Source: Epiperipatus broadwayi
Lineage: Eukaryota; Animalia; Onychophora
Assembly (NCBI GenBank): GCA_028023455.1
Contig: JAQFVV010000009.1
Span: 9,858,001 to 9,922,000, forward strand
Length of the DNA: 64,000 nucleotides
Direction of reading: 5' to 3'
Below the pieces are notes generated by a model. It was not told where the DNA came from and searched no databases. It saw nothing but the letters and a program-made list of their open reading frames with translations. Both the position numbers and the translations under genes were made by a program. How positions within the stretch are numbered: the stretch's first letter is position 1; each line of letters begins with the position of its first letter. Below are positions 1 to 12,017 of this stretch, piece after piece.

Positions 1-436
1 TCACATTTCTATTTCATGATTTATGCAGACATTCATATGACAAACACTAGATCATTTTAGATAAAATAGTTTGATAGTGCGAATTAAAGGGTTTTTCACA
101 ATCATTCAAATTTCTGAGCTGCATAGTTATACTCAAAGCCTACAAATTAGTAAATTGTTTTGTTAATTTCAATTTCAATCAACAGTAAAATATTTTTTCT
201 CTTTTATTAGCTATAATTCTAAATATTTACAAAAATTTGTTCTAAAAGGACGAGGCATGATTATAAAAAAAAGTTTTCAGATCATAAACAGACTTAGGAT
301 TTTTCTTCCTGTAATGAGCCTATAGATAAAATATTAGGCAGTTATAGGATATCTAGCTATTATTGACTAATCTAAGTTAGTTGGAATTTTAAAAACAAAC
401 ATACTTTTACTGTAATAAGATTTTGCGGTACTTTGG

Positions 437-653
437 TATTAGATCTGCAACATGGAGCATGTATTAAACTTGCTGCACTTTTTCATATTCGTATTAATCT
501 GCTGATAACTTTGTAATCTTGTAATCTGACCAAAATAATGTGTACAAGGATTTTGTACACGATATCATAAGATTTACAAAGTTATCAGCAGGTTGATATG
601 AATGTGAAAAGGCGCAGCAAGTCTAATACATGCTCTGTGTTGCAGAACTAATA
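437..653. repeat. Inverted repeat (about 85-bp arms) at the left end of the Merlin-like element
   Basis: 437-520 is the reverse complement of 569-653, differing mostly by transitions. A small nested hairpin GTGTACAA/TTGTACAC lies at 540-560. Confidence 0.9.
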
Positions 654-689
654 AAAATAACTAAAAGTATAAACAATAATATTAAAATT

Positions 690-1110
690 AGCATTTTAAA
701 ACAAATGGATATTAAAAAGACGATTTTAAAGCAATTTTGAGGAACAAATGGATATTAAAAAGACTGATTTTTAAAGTATAAAAAACATTAAAAACAGCAT
801 TTTAAAACAAATTTTGAGAAACAAATGGGTATTAAAAAGATGATTTTAAAACAATTTTTAAGGCATAAATAGATATGAAAAACATCAATTTTTAAAGTAT
901 TAAAGATAGCATTTTAAAACAAAATTTGAGAAAAAATGAATACTAAAAAGACAATTTTAAGAAACAAATGGATATTAAAAATTACCATTTTTAAAGTATA
1001 AAAAATAATATTAAAACAGCACTTTAAAAACAAATTTATATGACTTTCACACTAACAATTTTAAAATGTATAATAATATATAAATTGATATTAAAAAACA
1101 CTTTAAACCA
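690..1110 (+). repeat. Degenerate AT-rich minisatellite with a higher-order period of about 120 bp
   Basis: Motif AAACAAATGGATATTAAAAAGA recurs near 699, 743, 819, 866, 931 and 962, with alternating short and long spacing. Confidence 0.75.
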
Positions 1111-1699
1111 AAAAAAATTGATTTGCGATCTTAAATAAATGATGCCATCACACACAAAAAAATGTTACTTTAAATATGCATAAAACAATCACTAAATTAT
1201 CATTTTTTAAAATATTATTTACAAAAACACGCTTGAAGCCACAAATTTGAAATTTACTTCTAACACACATGAAATGCAGATTTGAACTGAAAAAATTCCC
1301 CTCAAAATGGAATTTTACTGAACATGTGATTGCACTGAGTATGTCAGGATTCCCCACAGAAATGGTAATAAACTTTTTTTTTTTAAGAAACAAAAAAAAA
1401 AAAATACACAAAAAGAAATATAAATAATTATAAGACTTTTATTAAATATTTATCCTGTTGTCAGAAAGAAATCTGGACAATAATTGAAAATGTCGAAATA
1501 TTACAAAAAAAAAAAAAAAGACCTATTGATAAAGATAAACATATTTTCCCACATATTTTTGCAGGGATTATTTCATTTCAATTTGACATCAGTAGCAGAT
1601 GACCCATTTATTGATGATGTGAAAAGGCGTCCTATTTCCCCTATGTTGCAGGTCTAATACCAAAGTACCGATTTTGCAATCAATATTAGGTGTAGGCTC

Positions 1700-2200
1700 T
1701 CATGCTGAGTTCATGACTTTTTATTATTGTTCTATAAATTCCCAATCAACATATTTAATCTTTTACTATCTGAATTTAAAATTTGAATTTTACTTGGATT
1801 TATTTATAATCCAAATCAATTAAATATTTGCTTAATTTAATTATTTTATTAATCTTATCTCAATATCTGCAAATATCACATTATTCTAAAATCATTTCAC
1901 TGTTATCTTATTCTTGTTTAATACTGCGATAACCTTTTCTAAATTCTTCATTGCTATACACTGCCAAAGCAAATCAGTTAGTATGGCAAAAATACATTCT
2001 AGACCATAGACTGATGCTGTAAGAATATCATTTTCCTAATTTAAATGTATCTATATCAAATATTTTAAGATTAATATAACAAATACTAATTCATCTTTCT
2101 CTTTTTAAATACAATCCAATAATAAATATCACTAATCCAATGGTATCCTTCATTCTTTTATCCTGTACATTTTGACTAAATGTGGAACTAAATTAAAATG
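1700..2200 (-). mobile_element. Heavily decayed LINE (RTE-like) RT remnant
   Basis: Minus strand has short patches resembling GFRKG, LFAD and GLKIN.K.K motifs (GAATTTAGAAAAGG, ATATTTGCAGAT, GGATTATAAATAAATCCAAGTAAA). No open frame. Confidence 0.3.
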
Positions 2201-3061
2201 TTTCCTTCTTATTAAGATCTTATTGTATATAAAACAAAAAAAGAGTAAATGCATCAAATAAAGAAGGTTAGTCAACAAAAAAATGTCTTTTTAAAGAATC
2301 ATATTTAGCTGCATAAGCCAATAATTTCTAACAAAGTTAGTTTGAAAATTTAAGGCATTTTAGATTATAAAAACTGAGAGGTATTGTGCTTTATGCATCT
2401 TAACAATGTAGATCAAAATCAAATGATAGAATTGTTTAACATGGTGGCTAGTATTCTATGTCTAATTATAAATTAGGTCTTGAGCAAACAATGCAACATT
2501 TGTATATAAGAAAAACGTCTAGTGATGCATGGGGGGGGGGGTTAAATCTATCAATATATGCTAAAATATTTTTGGAAGCTACATAATTATTGTTGCTCTT
2601 TGTCTTTTCTTTTTATTTTATTACAGAAACATGTTTTTTATAACTTGTGGGGTTTTTTTTGTTTTTAAAGGCTTATTAATATTTATATTTAAAAAATCTA
2701 GAAAAATGGATGGTTAATCCCATCATTAACATGGCAGCTCTAGCAATATATTTGCAATTAATCTTCATAGTTTTTTGTGATATTATCTGCTAAAAGCAAT
2801 ATTATAATCAAACGATAATACTTGCAACCATATTATCGATAATTGTGGTAGAGCTCATTTACTTGATAAAGTAATAGTAAATTATTTCATTTAATATTTT
2901 TAAAAATTACTTTCAAAATTCAACTTGAAGTAGTTTTTCCTGTAAAAAGAATTGGGGAGAGAGTATAAATCTTGCTCAGGTTGCAAAACTGATTTACCCA
3001 AAGAGATGAAAAAAAAGAGAGAAAGGATGGGGGGGGGGGACTTGAATATATTTATATATAT

Positions 3062-4833
3062 ATATTTTATTAAGACAAAAGTTTATTGAGGAGTTAGAAA
3101 AAAAAAAAGAGGCAAATGAAAAATATGTACAATAAGTTACTAGAATCTGGTGAAAGTCTTTATATGTTCATAATCAATGGTATGAGCTCCATAAAAAAGG
3201 AAAGTTCTTGTGATGCAGGTTAGATTTCTGGAAGAGTTACTCTCAACCATGTATCTTTGAAAAGACAATCAGAATCCAGAGTTTGATCTCTGGCTGCTGT
3301 GGTTTTGATGATGCTTATAAAAGTTTTGAGAACATTGGACTGGTCTGACCAAAGATTCATTTGCATCTGGTCAGCCAAATGCCAAAGACAAGGAAGGTGG
3401 AAAGTCTTATGATGAAAAATGTACCAGTGTTGATGCCTTTCTGAAGATCTAGGATAATGTTGATGTTGGTTGATACATTTTTGGCAATATAAGCTCTTAT
3501 TGGATTGAGGAGAGAAGTCATTTAGTAGGTGATGGATGGATTACTCAGCAGAACTACAGAGTTGGAAAGTAGTGTTAAGGCTAGTGAAACCTCTCTTGAG
3601 AACTAGGAAAGAAGTGAATTGGTGGGAAGAGAGTTGCGGTTGAATATTAAAATGAAGTCCACGTACTTAGGTTCAAGAAACCAGCGTTTGAACTTTTTGA
3701 TAAGTGATTTGTTATTTAGACCGAGCATAACTTGAAATGCAGTTTGATTTTGGTGTTTTAGTTTGTAAGCATCCCAGTATGTTTTCTTGGTATCAAAGAT
3801 GTTGATTGTAATGTTTATATGGGTGTTAACATGTGACCAAAAATCTAAGAGCCATTTGCTGTGATAAGGTGGAGGCGTGTCTGCAGGATGATTAGGGGTG
3901 AAAGGATGTAAGATGATTTGCTTTGCTTGAATGAGGTGTAAAGCACCAATCACCTTCTGAAGATATAAAGTAGCTGTAGAATATAGGCCAAGTCCATTGA
4001 ATTCTTTGGGCATGTGAGACTTGGCAAGGCTCAAAGCCACTGCCTTGCCATGCCAGAATAATATAGTACAGAGAGAATTCAGTTTGTTTTGGAATGTTTT
4101 GGTGGGCTTAATTATTAGGGAAGTAATAATTAAGCCATGGAAAAATCACCATGTTTAAGAGAGTGGTTTTGCCCGGAAGAGAAAGATTTATTGCCAAGAG
4201 GGAATGCACTATCTTTCTAGTTTTTTCTAAAATAAGAGTTTTGAATCTGCTTGGTCATGGCATGGAGTGACTTGGCAATGGGAAAGCCAAGAAAATTCAG
4301 AGGTTCTGAGATAAAGATAGAGGTAATGGTTTTATCCATGAGAAATTTTCCAAGAAGAATATTTTGAATAGTTTATGTGTAGGTTCAATTTCTGAGAGAA
4401 ACTATTTAAGATGTCAAGTAGAGCCGGCAGGTATGATTTAAATGAAAGAAATATAGATATGCCATTGACATAAGATATATGGTGTATGTTGTGGTTGAGA
4501 TGCGGTACAAAAAATTCCGGATAAATTTCTTTCTATTGCAAGCAACAATGGGTTTACATATGTGATAAATGATAAGATGGCAAGTGGAGAACATTGGGGA
4601 ATGAAGATATGTGATCTGATTCCCTGAGAGAGCTGGCCATCTAGGGAAGTGAAGATTGAGCGATTATGCAAAAAGTTAGCAATGATTCTAATAAAAGAAT
4701 TTGGAATTTCATAATCTGCAAGCATCTGGAGAAGGATGGAAGAAATCACAGAATCAAATGCAGATGAGAAGTCCAAACTGATGACTATTTTGAAATAGAA
4801 AGAGGTCCTGATTTTTAAATGCATTGTTTTCAA
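3062..4833 (-). mobile_element. 5'-truncated, degenerate L1/Tx1-clade LINE (RT plus C-terminal region)
   Basis: Minus-strand motifs in the expected order: ISLDFSSAFDSV, IPQCSPLAILSF (PQG.PLS), SYVNGISIF (decayed YADD), PLNFLGFP, LSLPGKTTLLNMVI, ILFWHGK and MPKEFNGLGL (L1-type PK..GGLG). AATAAA signals lie near 3066-3087. The ORF track entries 4438-4833 and 3603-4040 are pieces of it. Confidence 0.85.
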
Positions 4834-5913
4834 ATAAAAATTATTTCACGGAATAATTTCTGACAAATATCAGTTATCATAGAAATTAATTAGAACCAAT
4901 TATTCTTTCAAATAAACTCTAAGTAAATCACAAATGAACACCCATTTAGAAGTTCATATATTTTCAACAGTTAAGATTTCTATATCATAATTTTCAAACA
5001 AATTCCTCCAATAAAAGACAATTGACATGAGCTATTTTAAAATGATGGTTGGTTCCCATAATATCATCTGACGTTAGAGCACCAAAAAGATATGTTGAGC
5101 TTTGATTCAAAATCTTAAATTCTCACTTCTTTCACTCTATATGACTACACTAAACAAATTGTTTACAACTAAAGTCTGAATCTATCATTATATAAATAAA
5201 TAAACAAACTCCTTTTTAAAACTTGCTTTTTATATGACTATAATCAACAATAAAAAATCCAACGTTTCTACTATTTTATATAGTCTTTTTCAACGCACAC
5301 TAAAATAAAATAAAAATTACATATATATATGCATAATAATAAACATAACATATTTCAAAAAATTAAATTAAAAATTACAAAATATATTCACAATCAAAAT
5401 TTTACCTTATCTCACTCCCTTTTCCTATTGCAAACAATCATAACTTAATAGCAACCAATTTCTTTTTTTTTTTTTTTTTAAAATCTATATATATCCTTTA
5501 AAAAATTCAATTAATAATCTATTATTTTCTTTTATCTTTTTCCATTAACATCCTATTTAATTCTGGTTTTATTTCATTAATGTACATACTTCCTTTATCA
5601 TCTTTTCATTGTATGAATTAATATATATAAAAAGCAAGTTTTAAAAAGGAATTTGTTTGTTTATTTATATATTGGATATTTATGAACTATTTTGGAAAGA
5701 AGAACTGTTTGCTTGATATATTTAATTATATGAATCTATCATTCTATTACAAAAACTAAAATAGAATTATTAATTAATTCTGCCATTCTATCACTGTACT
5801 AAATAGAATAGGGTGATGTTACTGTATTAGTATTAACAAGTTTGAAGTCCATCATTCTATTATAAAAATGAAACAGAATATTAAAACAATTGAGCTGGAC
5901 TTAAATATAAATA

Positions 5914-7016
5914 CACCTGGGTCTCGTTTTACATGATAGATAGATTCCTCAGAAAACACGCGCAAACAAAATTGCGCAAAAATAGACATAACTTACATTG
6001 AAAAAGGGGGGATGCGGTCTGTGATTTTTCAAAATTCGCGTAAAAGCAAAGCACCAACGTAAAATTACTTTAAAATTCGCGCAAAAAAAAAATAAGGAAA
6101 TAAAATATGACTAATAAAAAATTTCAAATTTGAAAAAAATTGATAAAAGACAAACTTTTTTTAACTATAATATTTAATTTTATTCAAAATAATATATTTT
6201 TATGCATAATTTACAGTACGATAATTTACATTTTTTATACACGTTTTAATCATTATCGATATTTGCCGAAACACATGTTCGTTTGCACTTTCATGTTGTG
6301 TTAATGTTTTTCTGTTGACAATGTAATTAGTAATTAATCTTTGAGACGATTTTATTAATTGTTTATGAACTTAGACTTATGATAATAAAAAGACATTTAT
6401 TCACCACTGCTGGGAAAAATTTAATTAAAACTTACAACTAAAAATTAAATTCTTATTTTTGTCTTTAATTTTCAATTCCGTTTAAAAATCAAATTTCACA
6501 TCAGATTATTTCAAGTCACCGTAAGTAATTTTTAAATTGTTAATTACAATTAAAAATCAGATTTTAATTGTCAAATTTAATTGTGCCCACTGCTATTACT
6601 GACCTTTTAAAAATAAACTTGTGGACACTAAATGATTAATAATTGATTACGTTCTTTTTTAAAAAGCAAAAACAGAATGTGATTTAAAATGCAAAATTAA
6701 CACGCACAAAGTTTGAACAAATTTACATTATAATCTTGTAAAATTTAATGTGTGTATACATAAAATGTGGAAATCATGATTTTAATTTCATTATTGCATA
6801 AAATCTTACTATTATAAAACACTGAAAATATTGAAATTACTAAGTTGAAAGTCGAATTCCAATAATGTGCTATTACTTTCAATATAACATAACTGCGCAA
6901 AATTTATTATTTAAAGTAATAGTGCAATATCGGAGTTCGACTTCCGGTAAAACACGAATCGCGCAACTTCAAAATTGTGTTGAATAAGTAAGTCCGCATA
7001 AAAAGAGACCTAGGTG
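5914..7016. mobile_element. Tc1/mariner-superfamily (Tigger/pogo-like) MITE, copy 1
   Basis: TA|CACCTGGGTCTC...GAGACCTAGGTG|TA, with a TA TSD at 5912-13 and 7017-18. The subterminal GATAGATTCC resembles Tigger ends. Homologous to 54366-55238. Confidence 0.85.
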
Positions 7017-7149
7017 TAATTCAAATTCTTTATTGTGAAAATGCTTAAATTTTATTTAAAATTATTACTATTATTCATCAATTATAATTCACACCAAAGG
7101 GAATACTTCTCCGATATTTTTTTACAAAAGTAATTGTTGAATAAAATAA

Positions 7150-8030
7150 AAGGGAATACCTGTTAGTGGCACATAAATGGAAATATTGATAGAGCCATAA
7201 ATTAGTGTTATGAAATATTTAATTTGATGTCAGTTCACATACCAATTGTTAAAAATGTTTGACCTATTAATTTAAAGGCAAAACATGATTCAATGTCTGT
7301 AGAAATATTTAACTTCTCTCACCATTAATTATGGCTGCATCAAATTATGATTGTATTTTTTGCTTTATGGTCAATATATTAACACTCAACTATTAAATTA
7401 GACAAAAGCTGTAACAACTATTCTCTAGTTAATAATTCTAGATTATTATTTATAGGGCCATAATCCAAATCAAGCTCTTGATATATAATATAGTGAAAGG
7501 TAAAAATATCAGGCTCCACATCCTATTTTTCCTATCATACTTGGTGCAAATCTGTTGAAATTACTTTATTGAAGACAATTTCTTTCTTGATCAGTAATTC
7601 TAAAATGACAGCACACACATTTTCACCGTGAGTTGTTTTTTAAGATAGTACAGCTAGTAACTCTTTATGAAGATCTGAAGCTATTATATACCAGCCAGAA
7701 AACTAATTTGTGCAATGACCTTTACACTATATGATTCATCACAAATAAAAGAAAATACAGATACTGTTTTCAAATATCAAATTAATGATTTGTCACAATT
7801 ATAGCCATTTTAATAGTTCTGCTATAAATAATTTTAGCTGATAGTGGAGTATTCTTAATTTTCTTAATCTTTTTATTTTTCAAATTACTGAAGTAATGTT
7901 TGCCATACCTGGAAACATCTTTTAATATATCATCCATCCATTAATGGTTTTTAAAGCTTAGCAATTTCTTCAGAAATAGAAAACTAGCCTGTCATTATAT
8001 TACTGCAAGATTACATTCAATTACTAAATA
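7150..8030 (-). mobile_element. Degenerate hAT transposase remnant (Charlie/Buster, GTF2IRD2/ZBED5-like)
   Basis: Minus-strand translations: QASFSISEEIAKL*KP, IKNTPLSAKII..RTIKMA, FSFICDES....IAQI, ELLAVLS*KTTHGENV, ISTD and IFTFHYIIYQE. These match hAT motifs PLS..TI.RR, FSL..DESTD..AQL and HCIIHQE. No TIRs found. Confidence 0.75.
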
Positions 8031-11000
8031 CAGATGTTAGATTTTTGCATTATATGATGCAGTTCTATATGTTGCGCTTTATAAAAAAAGTGGTGTTCAA
8101 TATTGGATTTTTTATTATTAGGCAATTTGTGATTATAACTCAAACATGTTTTGGTATAAATGCATAATTCTGTGTGTACTCAGTTTTAAATCTGTATTTA
8201 TTGTTAATTTTTATTTATTTTTTTGTTACCATGATGCAATTCAAAAAGTTAATTAACTTCTGAGTAATTTACATTATACAGAATGACTATAATAGTCAAA
8301 AAATTGAACACCAATGAATAGGTAATGTAATGCCAGAATGTATGATTGTGTGCTACTGTGGTGAGCAGTATACAAAACAAAAACTATAGTGGTACCAATA
8401 GTAATCATATCTTGTGATTGGTTGCACTATTTAGATTCCAAATAATATTCACACTATTTTAAAGATATGTTCATAATGCAATTGATTTATGACAACAGTT
8501 GTCATTGATTTTTTGATTAAATAAAATGAATTTTTTTAAAAAACAAAAACATAACAACAATAGCAATGAAATAAAAATCTATTAAGTTTTTATTATGAAT
8601 TTACAAAAAAGATTTAAGACTGTGCTGCTATCAACATAACTTAAAAACCTTACTTACATTTAAACTCAGCCAATAGACTAGCTAGAGGATTTATAATATC
8701 ATTGTGATATACACACAATTTGTTTAACATGATAAAAAGAATCTCCTACTTGGGATCAAAAAATCATATGTGGCTCACTAGTTGTTGGTTGCCAAACTCT
8801 GACATAATGAAATTAATTAGGAAGTTTTTTTTTTATTGTATTCTATATGTTAAGTATAATAATCAGTTTAAAAAATCTGAAGTAAAAAATATATTGCTAT
8901 AAATTGTATAATACTAAACTCAAAATATTAGGTAAACACATAATGTTTAATCCAATATTTTCCATACATAAAATTTAATATAAAATTTAGGGTCTTAAAA
9001 CATATGCACATTATTCTTAACATTTTTTAAAATCTAAAATCTAAAAATATATTTATATATGATACTGAGATTATGAGTGATGAAGAATAAATCTATGAAT
9101 TACTGTTTCCAATAGGTATACACAAACTGTTGCAATATATATAATGCTAGGTATGTTATTTTCTATACTTCTATTCAATTATGCATGTAAAAACATGCAC
9201 TTAAAAAAATAGTTTAATATGCAATCATGTGTGACAATAGTGAAAATTCAAACATTTTCAAAGTGATGAATATTTTTTAAATGAATTAATTTGCTTAGGA
9301 TTCATATTGTGTGTGCATTTTTAAAAGTATTTTTTATTACTCTCAGGTCAATATATGCAATCAATGCAAAAGTTAAGATTTATATAAATTTTGCATCCTA
9401 TTTTCTTTATATTACATTTGAAATTTTTTAATATTAGCCCAATAATTAATATTGTAGGCAAAAATAATATGTAAAATATTAAATTGTTTGAATTAATTTC
9501 ACTGTTATCACATAAATATTAATAATAATGATTTCTCTAACACTTTCTTACAAGAATTGCATGCATTGTGTAAGATGCAATTTTTTTTTTTTTAGTGTAT
9601 TATTTTCATCACTTGATCTATCAAAAGACAAATTATTTTTAAATGAATCAGTAACTTTTTTCTTGTGAAAGCAGATATCTGATTTCATTATAAACTTTTG
9701 TCAGATTTTCATAGGTTGTCTAGATGGGCCACTGAACAATCTTTGACACTATATCTTATATGCGTATACTGCTTTATGTTTAAAGAGTAAACTCAATGTT
9801 TGAGAGAATTCAGATTACAAATAGCATATCAAATGAATTATAATAGTATAATTCAGATTTTCCAATTAATGAAAATATTTTTGATAGATATTTTGTGGTA
9901 TTATACGAATTGCATGTATAAACCTCATTATTTCATTCATTAAAAAGCTACTTAAGTATTAGTCAGACTCTCTAACATAAAAATAAAAAAAAACAAATAA
10001 GGCCTTCATATGTTCAAAATGGATTTCAGTTGAATATATATTTCTTTTGTAAATTGTTTATATTGCATATTGAAATGCTTGTGAAATATTGAGTCATTCC
10101 TCAGGGTGGGGGGTGAGTTTTAAGTAATTGAGAAAAATTGAAGAGAATAATAACCAATTAATATGAATTTATTGCTAAGAATGATACTCAGACATTTGAT
10201 GAGGTCATGAAAGATTAGCATTTATTTTTATGTTCCTTAAATCATATATTTAGTGGCATAAAACAAATTAAAGTGAAGTACTACCATCTTCAGAAAACTA
10301 TGTTGGCATCATGAAATAAAAAAACTCGTAAATATTCAAATTATTTGCAGCAGCAATGGGTTCATGCACAGTACTGAAACATAGTGGTTACATTTCTACT
10401 GATGAGCCAAAAACAATAATTGAAAAATATGTAAATAATCTGTCTGATCAAATAATATACTTTCAGGTATTCAACACAAAATTCTTATGTTTGAGTCATC
10501 TCTGTTTTGCATGTAGAATTCACATTACAGCAGAAGTTTTGAAATGATAATTAGGCACCAATGTTCAAATCTTTTTACTTTTGTAATAATTTTATTTGAT
10601 GTGATTTGGTTATACTCCATAATGACTGTTATTTCTTCTTGTAAAACAATGATTATCAATCCTACATGATTCTAGAAGGCTTTATTCTCCTATCTTGAGA
10701 AAATGCAACCATCATTCTCAAGATTTATAAATCTTTAAAACAACAAACAGTTTTTGAACATATCAGAAAAGATTGATTTCAGTATATAAAAAAGGGATAA
10801 TCAACATGTTAAAAGAATTACATTTAACTATAGCAATTTGAATTTTCTAAATTCAACACAAATGCTATACACTTTTAAGAAGAACCTGCATATATATTGT
10901 ACCATTGTAACTTGAATTTAAACTTGATGATGCTATCTATACAAACATTTTAACTTATTTTTTTAATTTTAGGATTATTTAAATGAATGTAAATACAATT

Positions 11001-11910
11001 ACATAGTATACCTTATTATTAACTGATCTTTTTAATAACACATTATAATAAAAAATGACTGTATATATATATTTAGCAGGTGATGTATCAAGATATTATT
11101 TTTATTTTATATTGCTGCAAAAATTTTAAGATTAATATTTTTTTATTTATTCTTAGGAAGATGGAATAAAGTTAATGATATATATATTATGTCAGGGATA
11201 TATTAATAAAAGTATATAAATACTTTTATATGATGGCAATAATAAAATAAAGTATGTATTGATGAGTTTATTTGTTGATATTTTATTTAATGCACATATT
11301 TCAAAATGAGCTTTTTAAACATAAGCAAATAGAATATTAAATTATTGTTAAAGTATGTGTATGCATGTATATGTATTTTATATGTTATGAGATAATTCAA
11401 AACATTAAATTTTAGGTATTCAACATATTATTTTGAAATATTTAAGTTATTTAAAATGAGTATTTAAAAATATTGATTATAGTATATAAAATAGATGAAT
11501 AAGAAGAAATGTCTATTTTATTTGAATATATTTTTGAATTTATTTCGTATTTGATTTGTAGAATTATATTTTATTATTTTAAAAATGCATTGTAATATTT
11601 ATTTTTATAAAGTTTTTAAAAAATATTTTAATATCACGAACACTGGTTTGTTAGAAAATAACTTTTATTGAGTGAATATATGGATAAATTTGTCTCTTAA
11701 AAGAAAAGACCTTAGAAATGTTTAATGCCATAGAAACAATATCTATGATAATAACATAAGTATGACATCATCAGAGAAAACTATTCAAGCCCTTGATCTT
11801 AGATTAGAATTGTTTTTGTCTCAACAGCAAAACTTCACAAAAGTTTGTGTATATATATATCAATAATTTTATGTAAAGTTTGAAATAAATATTATAGATT
11901 AAAAACTTAC

Positions 11911-12017
11911 AATATCTGCTCAAAAAATTTCATGTCTTTTGCTAAGTGCTGTAATATACTTTGTAAGTTGGAAAAAACTGACAACTGTTGTTGCTATTAT
12001 AAATAATGTTTTGAATG
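11911..12017 (-). CDS. Candidate exon of an unidentified host gene (possible last coding exon)
   Basis: Branch point and acceptor ACTAACATTTTACAG, donor ATT|GTAAGT. The phase-1 frame reads FKTLFIIATTVVSFFQLTKYITALSKRHEIF*, a hydrophobic, TM-like stretch. No homology recognised. Confidence 0.35.

Larger units (their letters stand above)
427..1669. mobile_element. Non-autonomous Merlin/IS1016-like DNA transposon
   Basis: Terminal inverted repeats GGTACTTTGGTATTAGATCTGCAACA (from 427) and TGTTGCAGGTCTAATACCAAAGTACC (to 1669). Flanked by an identical 8-bp direct repeat GATTTTGC at 419-426 and 1670-1677. 5'-GG termini with an 8-9 bp TSD are the known Merlin signature. No transposase ORF is recognisable inside. 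Confidence 0.75.

Noticed and set aside
10356-10547. Plus-strand ORF with apparent splice sites (MGSCTVLKHSGY...)
   Set aside because: No recognisable homology and no phase-compatible neighbouring exons.
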